The position numbers were made by a program, and so were the translations under genes. 64,000 nt of DNA from the NCBI GenBank assembly GCA_010093815.1, contig ML996565.1; one strand, 5' to 3'. The stretch is from Pseudovirgaria hyperparasitica. Lineage: Eukaryota. This document shows positions 41,197 to 53,645 of this stretch, piece after piece; position 1 is the first letter of the stretch; the number at the start of each line of letters is the position of its first letter. The notes below the pieces were generated by a model. It ran no database searches and was not told where the DNA came from. It saw only the letters and a list, made by a program, of their open reading frames with translations.

Positions 41197-41899
41197 TATT
41201 ATTATTGGTTCTATCGGCGAGTTACGTTCTAAGGAGAGGTAGTTAAGCGAGGCGGAAGTAGAGAAGGAGGTTTTATTAATTAAGGAGGTATAGAGAGGTA
41301 TAAGAGGGAAGAGTTATATACTATCTTAAGTTCTCTTTTTATGCCTCCTCGAATACCGGGTATATAGTAATTTTTATAAATGATCCTTACTAACGGCCGT
41401 AGGCCCGTATACGTGTCGAATCTATGAATGAATATATACTAGGTATATAGGAAATCTATGAATGAATGTATCTACCGGGTATATGGCGGAATCTATAAAT
41501 AAATAGATACCGGGTATATTCTTATCCTTATAAGACTTCCTATAAGTATCTTTTTCTCCTATACCTCCTTCTTCTTTTCTTCCTTATTAGTTTCTAACGG
41601 GGCCCGTTCTATAGTAACGAAATAGGCCTTCGATAGGTAGGCTTCGATTACACGACTAGTTTTAATATATAGTAGATAGAATTCGCGTAAACGCCATTAT
41701 GTCTTCTTTCGAGCATTGCTTACTTTAATAATAAGTTTTATTATTTTATAGTAATAATAGAGTTTATTATCCTCTTTCGATAATAGAGTTTATCGTCCTT
41801 TTTCGATAATAGAGTTCATCGTTATAAGACTACTTTTATAAGTATCTCTTCCCTTCTTAAAAAAACTTCTATCCCCTAGAAGGAGATGTCGATTCTAGG

Positions 41900-44800
41900 G
41901 AAACGTAAATATTCTTCTCTATTAAAGTCTTACGAAGTAGGAATTACCACTTCTACCCGGGTTCGTGTAGCGTCGTCGAGGTATTCCGTAAGTTATTTAT
42001 AATAGTTTTCCTTATCGCTACTCTCCTTATATTCCTTAGTAATTCTTCTAATTAGTAGTTATAAGGGCTCGTCGTGACTCTCGTTACTTATATTTCTCAT
42101 GAAATATTTCTTTAACCTATGGCTAGGAAACGTCCCTCTAAGCATAGCTCTATTAAGCTCCGCGAGCTTATAAGTATAATTAAACACGGACTAGATTCTA
42201 TATAGCCCCCTCTAATACTACCTTAGCTTCCGCTCTATATTCTTCTATCGCTATAAGTTATATAGGAGGATAATCGTATCGACTAGTAATGACTCTTAAC
42301 GAAGGTAATAGTCGTTATTCCATGCCTCTCTCGATTCCTTACGCGTTCGTATCGCGTGGGCATGGGCCTCCTTAAGATTCTTAGATCTTCTCTTAAGTTA
42401 TCTAGCTCGAAGAGTAAGTAAGTCGGACGTTAATTACACCTCGTCCTAAGGGAGTATTTAGAGCGACTCGAATTCGACTTTAATAGGTATAATTAGTTTA
42501 TGGCCGAGCACGAGATATACGGTACTATACCCTATACTAGCACGTGTCGTTATTCTATCTACCTAGACGACTATATAGAGGTGGCCGGGCTAGTTCTTGA
42601 ATCCGCTATTAGTTATCTTCGCGAGAGTATTAGCGAGTAGTATAAAACTTCTCTCGATAATTCTATTTACTCGGGGATTATATATAGACGTAACCTTCTA
42701 ATAAATTCTATAGAGTCGGAGGAGCTCCTCTATGGCACCCATATTTTCTCTACTACCGTTATAGGTGATTTTAGAAATAATTCCGTATCTATAGATCACG
42801 TTCTTAAAGAGGAACTTTACGATAACTATAGACGTGGCCGCCGTACATGCCTCCGCCTTAGTCTATCCGCTTAGCTATTCTCGTATAGATACTACTTTAC
42901 TATACCCTATAGAAGGTAGTAGCGTCGTTACGTCTAAGTATATTCTTTACTAAAGAATAGGCGTTATAACGTGGTGGAGCCCTTTATTAAGACCTCTAAG
43001 GAGTTTACTTCGTCGTTAATATTCGTTATAGGTTTTCACGTACTATCGCACGTCTCTACGTATACCTATCTACTAATACTTATCCTTAATCCTTCCGAGG
43101 GTCCCTTCGCTACCTCTATAATCTATCTTATCGTGAGTGGTAGTAATTATACGCGCCCTAGTATTCGGATCCTTAATTACTCGTGTGTATTAGCGATACT
43201 TATCTCCTCTCCGCTAGAGTATTTAGTTATATATAAGGAACTTTAGATAGTTAGTTATAAAGGCCTTATACGCTCGGTTAGTTAGGTCGGTTAGCCTCTC
43301 GAGTATAGTAAGGTACTTCGTAATCCTCTACTATTTATCGCTATATTCATCTATTAAGGGAGACTTAATGGCGGTATAGTCGAGTATCTCTATTATATAA
43401 TCTCTCCCGCTAACGGGCTTAATTAACGACGTCTCTAGTACGTCTATATATAGAGCCATATCCACGAACTCGTCTAGGTTAAAGGTAGAGACGTCTAGTG
43501 GTTCTTCTCCTTTATATATCCGTGAGATACCGTTGGCGACTACGTTACGCTTCCTAGGTACGTACCTAACTATAAAGTTCTATAGCTAAATCCACGCGAG
43601 CCACCTAGTAATAAGCGCCCCTAGTAAGTTAGTTACGGTATAGTTAATTTAAGCGACTAGAGTATTCGCGTCTATTTCTATAATAAAGTACGTGCTATAG
43701 AGGTATTACCGGAACTTCTATAACGCGTAGAGGAGGGCTCGGTACTCTAGCTTCACGGTGTCGTAGTTTCTCTTAGCTTTTAACTATATTCCTCTATTAT
43801 ACCGCGATAGCTAATATTTACGATTCTCGTTCTCCTATATTAACGTAGCTCCCTACCTAACGTTACTAGAGTCTACTACTAGAATTATATCTCCCGTACC
43901 TACCCCGTACCGTAACGTTATTAGTATAGGAGTAGTAGTTAGAGCTATCTTTAGCGCGTCTATCGAGGTCTACTCCTTAGCTATCTACTACTAGGCCGAT
44001 TTATTCTTTAATAGTATAAATAGTAGCGATATAATAATAGCGTACCCAGGGATCTATATCCGGAAATATATATAAACGCTAAGGAAGGCTCGTATATTTA
44101 TCGTGTTTTTATAGGGTTTCTAGTCCCTAATAGTAGTAACCTTTTTATTACTCGGTCGCCTCCCTTTAATATCGTAGACGTATCCTATAACGTTAGCGGC
44201 TTTAATATACTACTAAGTCTTCTTACTACTTAGGGCGTATCCGGCGCGCTCTATATCCGCGAGAACCTTATCTACGTTAATTAAATGTTCTAGGATATAC
44301 CTATAAATTCTAGGTAGGGCCTCCTTAGAGTTATATTTCGTCATAGGTCCTTTAATGCCTAAGTTATCTAGGAATAGTAGAGCCCTCTCCGGGATGTATT
44401 CTTCTATAATAGTTAATATAATTCTAACGAACTAAGCTACTAAATTAGTGGCCCCTTAAGGTAATATTATCCCGTATAGTAATTCTAGGGGTATTATAAA
44501 CCCCGTTAAGTCTCGGTAATGCTCTACTAATAGAATCTAATCGTATCCTAAGAAGAAGTCGGTAAACGTTAAGACGGCCATCTCTATAAAGTACTCTAAG
44601 AACTCTTTATATAAGGGCGGCGTGGCCGTATTATAAATGGTAACTCGGTTAATTTCTATCGCCGAATTAATTAACCTATAATCTCGTTCCTTATTAGCTT
44701 CCTTCTTCTTTTCTATAAGAAAATAGGCGTTTTAATAAGGACTACTATAGGGCTCGAGCCTTCCGCTATTAAGACGCTCTTTTAGGATCGTAAGTACCTT

Positions 44801-47800
44801 TCTATAAAGGGCTCTAGAAATATTAAAGTTCTTAGCCTACTATACCTTATATTCTACCGTTCGGATCTCCTGCGGAGGTACTATCTCTTTATTAAATTTA
44901 CTAAGGTATGAGAATTCCTATACTAGTACTTCCTCGCGATATAATAAGATTATATATAGTAACTTAAGTTCTACGGGACGTAGCTCTATTCTAATCTTTA
45001 GCTAACTTATATATAGAGGCGTTAGACGTGTTCCTAGCGGGATAGTTACCCTTTAAGGCTCTATTAGCCTATTAAACGCGTTAAGGCCTAGGTGGACGGC
45101 TAGAAGAAGTGCCTACTATGCGATTACTCGTTTACGCTAGTCTAGATACTCTAATAGATTCCTAGGAACCTTTCGGTAGGCTTCGGAGTCATCCATAGAG
45201 TATACTTTAACTCCCTTTCTTTTATATATGGTAGCTATACTAAATCCCTTTAATACCCCGGATGAATACCGTCTTTAGAGGCCGGTGGAGCCTACTATAA
45301 GCTATTCTATTATTATGCCTTATTTATATATAAAGGTAGTATACCTTACCGCCGTAACTAGGGCGGCTAAGTCATCTTTTCTTAATAACCGAGTAATATT
45401 TTTAGGCCGGATTTTCTCGGAAAGTAACTCTATATAACTTATTTCTATATCTATATAAAAATATAGTCTATCCCCTTTATTAGTGGGTTTACCGGACCCT
45501 ATTTAGTGCGGATTATTAGTTAAGGGTAGCCCTTAACTAATAATCTAGCTTAACTCCGGCTTCTGGTAACATGCTCCGCTATATAGTTAGTCTCTAGCTA
45601 TGGAGTTACCCTCCTTCTCTAAGACTAGAATATACTCGTCTAGACTAGTTTTAAAGGTTATACGTTCTTATCTATATACGGAGTAGACTATTAAGAGTAC
45701 TTACCTAGAGGCTAACCTCTATACCGTAAGTAAGGCCTATCTAGTATATAGCTCCCCTAGAATAAGGTTATAATTAAGTTCGCTATATATAAATATCGAA
45801 GTAGCTATAACGATCCGACCTATACGGATAGGGTATTACTATACTATTCCTATGAATAGAGTACTATACTAAGTAGCGCTAACTAAACTCGAGTTCTTTA
45901 TATATAGTAGAAGCGAAGATATCGCTAGCCTAAGACGCCTCGTAGTATCTAGTCGAATGCTATTTACCTATGCGCTACTATTAAATAGTACTATACTAGT
46001 CGCCCTTTTAGGACTAACTTCCACAGGGTACCTCGGATACTCGGCTACTAGCCTTACTATCCCTTCCTTAAGCTAATTAATATCTCGTTATATAATAGCT
46101 ATCTCTATAGTATAGAGGGATACTAATATATTAAGTTTATTTATCTCGGGAGCCATAGTATAGTCGTTTCTTCCTTTCTTCTTAGCTCTCTCTTCTCGAG
46201 CCTCGTGGACCTCCCTAGCTATAAAGTCGGGGGCGCCCTTCTTAAATACCGCACGACGTAAGTCGCTATTAAGGCTTAATAGTTTACTAATAGTAATGTT
46301 TATAGTTGTCCCTAGAACGCGCACCAGCCATGCTTCGCTAGCTTCTATGCTTAGCCGCTATCCTTCGCGTAGATAGTTATTAAGCTTAACACCTCGGATA
46401 CGTGCCTTTTAACTAGGATTTAGGCTATCCCCTTTATCTATCTTATCCTCCGGCGCCGTTAGCTCTTATTTAGACGTTCCCTAGTTACTACTCTTCTCGC
46501 CGTCCTCCTATTCCTTAATAATCCTTATATACTACCCTTTATACATTCCGCGGAGACGGGCGATCTTTCTTTTCTTAGTATAATTAGGTATACTCTTCGT
46601 GATCCCCCTTCTAGATATTACGAGTATAGCGGGCTCTTCTAGGGCTATCTCCTTATGGATATATCTATTACTAGCCACGTTAAAGCGTTCGTGGAATTCT
46701 ATATATCTATCTTTCTTACTCTCGGGCGACGTAACTTCTTCTTCTAAATTACTATCCGCTAAGGCCTAGTAGGGACCCTTCGTAGGTTTTATACTAATAC
46801 TATATACCGGTACTCCCTATAAAGCGTTAATATTTACTATAGACGTAGAAACCTTTACTCCTCCTCCGTACTAGCTTAGGCCGTTTTAAACCGTTACTAT
46901 ATAGTTCCGGATAGCTTATAGAGTAGCTTATAGCCCTACCGAGGAGGGTAGTAATAGAATTTCTTCTCCGTTCGCCCTAAAACGCCCTTGGAATACTCGT
47001 ACCCCGTTAATATTTAGTAATCCGTCTCTAATATATCCTACTATCTCCGGATATCTATATATTAGGTAATCCTCTCTATATATAATGTATATAATTAGTC
47101 TTCGAGGCCTATCCTAGGCTATAACGCCTTCTTAGAAGTCTCAGGTAGAGATATATTCTCTATTCTATATATAATTCTATGGATAAACTTACGTTAGTTC
47201 TATAGGCATGCCTTATACTTAGAGATATACTAAAAGATTTAGCCTTCGCGCCTACTAGTTAATAATAGCCGAAAGTAGCTTAGGTTCGTACTTCTTAAGG
47301 GATGGGAATAAGGGATTAGAGGTAAAGTAGGACTTTATCTTAATTAACGTGAGGTCTAGTTTACTAAATCTCTCTACTATCTCGTTAAACTTATCCGATT
47401 CTAGCGCGATATATACTATAACTAGAGAGGGGTAGTTAAATTTATTAGTTCTTCTTTCTTTATATAACTACTCTTCTAAGCCGGTCTTCTTACTCTCTAT
47501 CTTTAATTTATGGTATATGGCTATAGCTAGCTCTTATGCGGCTGAGTACTTATTAATATAAGCTAGTTCCTTAAGTGCTCTGGCCTTTCGTGATACGAAG
47601 CCATAGATAATTACCTAGTCATAACTATGTGCTTCTATCATGAGTTAACATTTCTCTATAGCCCGAGTCTTAAGACTATTAGGCAGCCCTTCTAGGAAGA
47701 GCTCTATTCGCGAATATAAGCTTAGACTTCCTTTAGCTATAAGTTTCTCCGTGATAATATAATACCGGGAGTAGTATATAGAGAGAGAGTAGGATGGGTC

Positions 47801-48150
47801 TACTTTAACTATTTCCACGTATTTTCGGATAAAGTAGATGGTGCCTTCCTCGAGAGTAGAGTTAAATAGAGAGAATTCCTTTAATAATTCTTTACGTAGT
47901 ATAGCCTACTACTATTTCTAAAACCTACTTATTCCTTTAATGGTAAGACGGAGATAGTCCTCGTAGTATAATGGTAGGGAGGTTATCTTCTTATTAGGCG
48001 GAACTTTATAGTTTATATATATGTCCTTATACTTCCGAAGGAAGGCTGTAATATTTATTCCTTTAAAGCGCTCAGGGGCTAGAATAGATAGAGATACTAT
48101 CCTTCCTTATCGCGCAAATGCTACGAAGAAGTTAAGCATCTCTCTACGAG
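41900..48150 (-). pseudogene. gag / PR / RT / RNase H / integrase of element B
   Basis: Zn-knuckle remnant ~47090-47050, LFNSSA*VN (LFDSGAQVN) ~45990, LFLDNL (FLDD) ~44375-44362, IILVVDSSN RNase H ~43880, integrase ~43200-42300. Confidence 0.88.
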
Positions 48151-48738
48151 TTACTAGGTCGTTATTTTAAGCTTCTATCGCACTATTACTAGTAGTAGGT
48201 GTGCTAGTAGAGACGCTAGGGGTAAGGTTATTAGTTAAGGGATTACCTTGACTAAAGGTTAGCCTAATGCGTCTACCTATAACACCTATTATCCCTTCTC
48301 TATATTAACTAATCCCTTTATAAGGTAAACTATTACTATCGTCTTTATCGATATAAGGTTCACGGTATCCTACTTATATTATTATCTTCGTGTGAGGCGT
48401 TCCTAAAGTAGTATACTCGTGTAGCCGTGTTTATGAATAACAGCTATAGTAGTACTAAATAGGTTATATTTATCGTTTTTGAACTCTTCTTTACTACTTT
48501 ATCTAGCTCTATTTTATATTCTATTCCCCTAAGACATTTTCGAGTCGTGCTATCACCCGTGTTAGCATACGTATGCTTTTTATAGCTACTTTTAAGAGGC
48601 TAGCCCCTAGCGACTCCGGACTCCCTGTTTTCTAGACTCGTGGCTTCGATCTAGTAAGTCTAGACTACCTTATTAGGCACGCCATATACTTCCCCTAAGC
48701 TAGTTTCGGAGTTCTAATCTCCCCCTATAAGTTCGTAG

Positions 48739-48755
48739 TCTGGGTACGACCTCTA
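48739..48755 (-). promoter_or_regulatory. Primer-binding site of element B, resembles complement of a tRNA-Gln 3' end
   Basis: The plus strand reads TCTGGGTACGACCTCTA (=...GACCTCCA with RIPed CCA), 4 nt inside the 5' LTR. Confidence 0.6.
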
Positions 48756-48759
48756 AAAT

Positions 48760-49131
48760 TATAGTAAGCTATCGCCACGTGTGTCCCTTTTATAAATAGC
48801 TATATTCCTAGTATAGTAGTCGCGACGAACTCATAAGTATCTCTTCTAGGTATTATGAGTTCTCTTTAAACGCACGACTTCTTATTAGTTCTCTTTTACG
48901 ATAGAACGGGTCTATATAATACTCTTAATTAATTCTTCAATAGCTAAGCCTAATAATTAATACCTATAGAGGCCCATGAACGTAAGGAAAGGTCGAATAG
49001 TCGAATATTAGTGATAGGGAAAGCGCGCCGAGTAGAATGACCAAGGAAAACGCCCTTCTTAAATATATAATGAAGCCATGTAATCGAGCTAGGGATATAT
49101 ACATGTAGGGCTATAGGAGCGGCCTTCCACA
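48760..49131 (-). repeat. 5' LTR of element B
   Basis: Direct repeat of 37693-38064, followed by TSD AGAG. Confidence 0.95.
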
Positions 49132-52100
49132 AGAGTTTTTTAGATTATTAGGTATATTATCTAATTCTTATAGATATAGATTTATATAGATTTACTATAA
49201 TTCGCTATAATTTTATATAGTTTACTAATTTTCGTGGTATATATAGCTAATAATAATAATAATCTACTAAAATCCGTATAAATTAATAATAATTATAATA
49301 TAGTTTCTTAAAATCTTAACGCTTAGAAGTAATTAGCGCGGAAATAGACGCCTTTAAATAATCCTTATCTTATATACGTTACTAATATATCGAAAGCCGT
49401 TAATCTACCCTAATCTAGGCCGGGCTCTAATAATCTAGCTATATATTACTATAGCTACTACTTCCTAGTATATAGCGCTTATAGTAGTACTAATTCTATA
49501 ACTTACGGTACTTATATAACTAAGAAGCGTTATTATTTATAGGTATTTTAAATAAGTTTAAAGAACTTTATACTAATTTACTTATATCTATATAGATTAC
49601 TACTAGGCCTCTAGTAACCCCTACTAATAAGAAGTATAGTACTACTAATTATAACGCCTTAGAAAAGGCTTTCTATAATTTATATATCTATGGTAAGGAG
49701 TATATCTAGAAGTATAATTCTAATATAATCCGCGTAGATTTATTAGAATCTACTATAGCTATTATTACCGTAATTACTAGATAATATCGTTTTTCTTAAA
49801 TCGTTATAGATTCTTACTAATATATATTAATCTCTATAATACTACTAAGATATCTACTACTTTAGACTTCTTTCTATATACTAGTAATATTAAAATTCCT
49901 AGAAAAGACTCTAGTAAAAAGACTAAGATTCTAAACTTATATATACTAAAGAGCCGTAAAGTTAAGGAGAATAGCTCTAATATAGAAGTTTCTATACTAA
50001 AGATATATAGTTCTATACCGATCGTTAAGTCTTTTTACTAATTTATATAATTTCTAGCGTGCCTATACCGGTCTATCTCTCTCCGTCCTAGTCCCCGCCG
50101 CTCTATAGGTTTCTTTAGAGGAATTTATAGCTATAAAGCGCGTTATATAGAATTTATAGCGTCGGAATAAAAGGCTAGAGACTTTTATTATAAAGCTCTA
50201 TACTATACTAACTAGGAATTAGTAGAAGGACTTAGATATAATTATAGTATTAATTAGTTCTTCTACTTCTACTTTAACTTAATTAGTTTAGATCTATACT
50301 AATTAGTATTAATATATTTCTTTTATCTAGCGTTTTTAATTTTTAATTTTAACTTTAAAGTAATCTTACTTCTTCTAGATAGATTAGTATAGATTTATAT
50401 AGATCTATATAGATCTTTATATCTTCTTTTAGTTTTCTTAATTTTATCTTTCTTTAATAATAACTTCTTTAATCTTCTTAGTAATCTATACTAATCTATA
50501 CTAATCGGTACTAACTTTTAATATCTATTTCTCTTAGTAAATTATTTTTCTAAATCTCTTTTTTAGTTAAATTCTTTAAAGTTCTAAGTTTAAACTTTCT
50601 AAGGAAGTTCCTTAATTCCTTAGAATATTTTTAAGATCTATATCTTATTTACTTTCTTTCTTTTAGGCGGCTATTCTTAGCGCTAAACTATACTAAAAAA
50701 CGTTAAATTACCGTACTTTAGTATAATTCTTTATAATTCTACGGCTTCCTTTACTAATCGCTACTTATATACTAATATTTACTATAGATTCCTAAGTATC
50801 TTTATTAGGATTATATCCTTTCTAATCAATTTTATATAGCTATATACTATCTTTAGCGTATTATTAGCTAAGTATCTACTTAACTTTATAGATATCTATA
50901 TCTTCTTATATAACTACTTTATATAGCGTCTATTTAGAATAATCCGTTAATAATAAGGTATAAAATAGCTCGAGAAGTATAATATAGAATATATTATATA
51001 TCTTTAATATAGGAGAGAGTTTTAACTTATACGCCTAGTTATTAATTACACGAGTAATCTTATATAGATCTATTATTATATAGTTAAGCTTCTTCTTCGG
51101 CCTAATACTACGAATATTCTTACTATTTAGTAAAACTTTATCTCTAATATTAAAGATTATGGGTTTTCTACCCTTATTATAGTGCGATTTACTATAATCT
51201 ATAGTATCTTATAGTAACTTTATAACGCTTCTTTATATTTAGAATAGTTCTATAGTAATTTCTATTACTTTAATATTAGGTTATTCTACTTTAAACTATA
51301 TTTCTAAAAACTATATATTATAGTTCTAACTAAAGTTTACTTTAAACGGACTTACGTAGGTTAATATATATTAGCTATTATTATATATGAATTCCGTAAT
51401 ATAGACTAACCTTACCTAGTTATTCTACTTATAGTTATAATATACGCGTAAATACGCCTTAACTATCTAATTCTACCGCTCTATCTATCTATCTATTTAT
51501 AGATAGAATATAGTACTAAGTTTCCGCTTAATTCCTAGTATATAGTAGAAATCCTTCTAAAATTTAGATATTATCTACGGACCTCTATCTAGAACTATAC
51601 TATTTAGTATACTATAGAGTTAAACTATATTATAAAGTAGTATATCTATAAGATCTAGTACTTAGATTATCTTCCTTATAGAGATATAGTATAATATCTT
51701 TATAAATCTATCTAGAACTACGAGTAAACTATTATAAATATACCTAAGATACTTACTTAGAGGTAGATCTATAATAAAATCTATTAATAATTCCTTCTAT
51801 GCCTCCTTTAGTATAGGTAATAGCCTTAATTTACTATATAGTAAGTGCCTATATACTTTTATATACTAGTAAACGTTATATGTTTTTATATAGTTCTTTA
51901 TATATTTATAAAGACCTAGCTAGTTATACGTTCTTTAGATTAAATCGACTATCCTTATAATACTAAAGTATTCTACTAACACGTAATTATACTATTCCCT
52001 TAAAATATTTATTTATAAGCCGCCTTCTAGCACGTAGAGTCGGCCTTAGAAGTAGATTATATCTAATTATTATTTCTACCTTAATAACTATAGCGGATCT

Positions 52101-52217
52101 ATAGCGCTTCCTTTTATATTTATAACTTTCTTTACTAATATATTAGAATTCTAGGTAGATTTAATTAAGTCTTTAAGGGTTTTCTTAGTTTCTTAGACGT
52201 TTATTTAGATTACTTAA

Positions 52218-52792
52218 TGTTAGGCACGTACCTACTAGTTGATTATACATGTGTATAGTAGTTATATATAAGTAGTATGCTCCACCCTTAAAGTAGTAGT
52301 TTAAGATTTAGTCCTTTTAGTATAGTTAGTTAGTGCGTAGAGCCCGTCTCCTTATATAATCTTAAAGCTACTACGGGGTCACGGGTTTAACTCTCGGTCT
52401 AGTTAACTATTATTAAATTTCGTACGATTCCGTTTAGCTTACCACGTTATATATACTTTATATACGTGACGGATAATATAGTAGTAACGTTACTATAGTA
52501 AGTTAGCGTGTCTAGTGCTAGAGGCGGTATTACGAATATTAATTATATGCACATGGTTTATACTAGGCCTAGTATAGCTAGTTTAGTTCATCTTTTATAA
52601 GGTAGATACCCACGACGCGTAAGGGCACGCGCCTTTAAAAAAGGGGAGATATTATTAGGCACGTGCCTGCTAGTTGATTATATATGTGTGTAGCAGTCGT
52701 ATATAAGTAGTGTGCTCTACCCTTGAAGTAGTAGCTTCAAGATTCGGTCCTTTTGGTGTAGTTGGTTAGTGCGTGGAGCCCGCCTCCTTACA
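52218..52792 (+). mobile_element. TRIM-like non-autonomous LTR element, copy 1 (575 bp)
   Basis: ~140-bp LTRs at 52218-52356 and 52653-52792, TSD CTTAA, PPT AAAAAAGGGGAG, non-coding ~300-bp interior. Confidence 0.92.
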
Positions 52793-53044
52793 CTTAATAC
52801 CCGCTCTAATTTCTATAGAGAATTACTAAAAGTATCCTAGCTTCTAGTATTCTATTAGATAACTAGTCTTATAGTATCTATAGTATAGTATAGTCTAAAT
52901 TATACTAACTATCTACGTTATTCTATAACGATTTCTTATAATCTTTACGCTATAATAGAGAATTAGCTTTATTCTCTCTTCTAGCTTTATATAAGATTTT
53001 AAAGTTAAATATTAATATCTACTTAGTCTAATATACTTATTAGC

Positions 53045-53645
53045 TGTAAGAAGGCGGGCTCTATATACTAACCAACTATACTAAAAGGACCGAATCTTAA
53101 AGCTACTACTTTAAGGGTGGAGCATACTACTTATATACGACTACTATATACATGTATAATTAACTAGTAGGCTACGTGCTCCTCACGTGCCTAATATTAT
53201 CCCCCTTTTTAAAGGCGCGTGTCCTTACGCGTCGTGGGTATACTACCTTACGAAAGATAAACTAAACTAGCCGTAACGGGCCTAGTATAAACCATGTACA
53301 CATATAACGAATATTCATAATATCGCCTCTAGTACTAGATATACTAACTTACCGTAGTAACGTTACTACTATATTATCCGTTATATATATAAAGTACACG
53401 TAACGTGGTAAGCTAAACGGAATTATACGAAATTTAATAATGGTTAACTAGACCGAGAGTTAAACCCGTAACCCCGTAGTAGCTTTAAGATTATATAAGG
53501 AGGCGGGCTCTATATACTAACTAACTATACTAAAAGGACCGAATCTTAAAGCTACTGCTTTAAGGGTGGAGCACACTACTTATATATGACTACTATATAC
53601 ATGTATAATTAACTAGTAGGCCACGTGCTCCTTACGTGCCTGACA
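53045..53645 (-). mobile_element. TRIM-like element, copy 2 (601 bp), opposite orientation
   Basis: 152-bp LTRs at 53045-53196 and 53494-53645, TSD TTAGC/TTAGT, reverse complement of copy 1 with an extra ~12 bp in each LTR. Confidence 0.92.

Larger units (their letters stand above)
37693..49131 (-). mobile_element. Ty3/Gypsy LTR retrotransposon B, full length (~11.4 kb), carrying dioxygenase-like cargo
   Basis: 372-bp LTRs at 37693-38064 and 48760-49131 (TGTGG...CCACA), 4-bp TSD AGAG, polypurine tract GGGGAGG on the minus strand next to the left LTR, tRNA-like PBS next to the right LTR. Confidence 0.95.

Noticed and set aside
48731..48755. tRNA gene
   Set aside because: Only a 3'-end-like fragment at the PBS position; no full cloverleaf.
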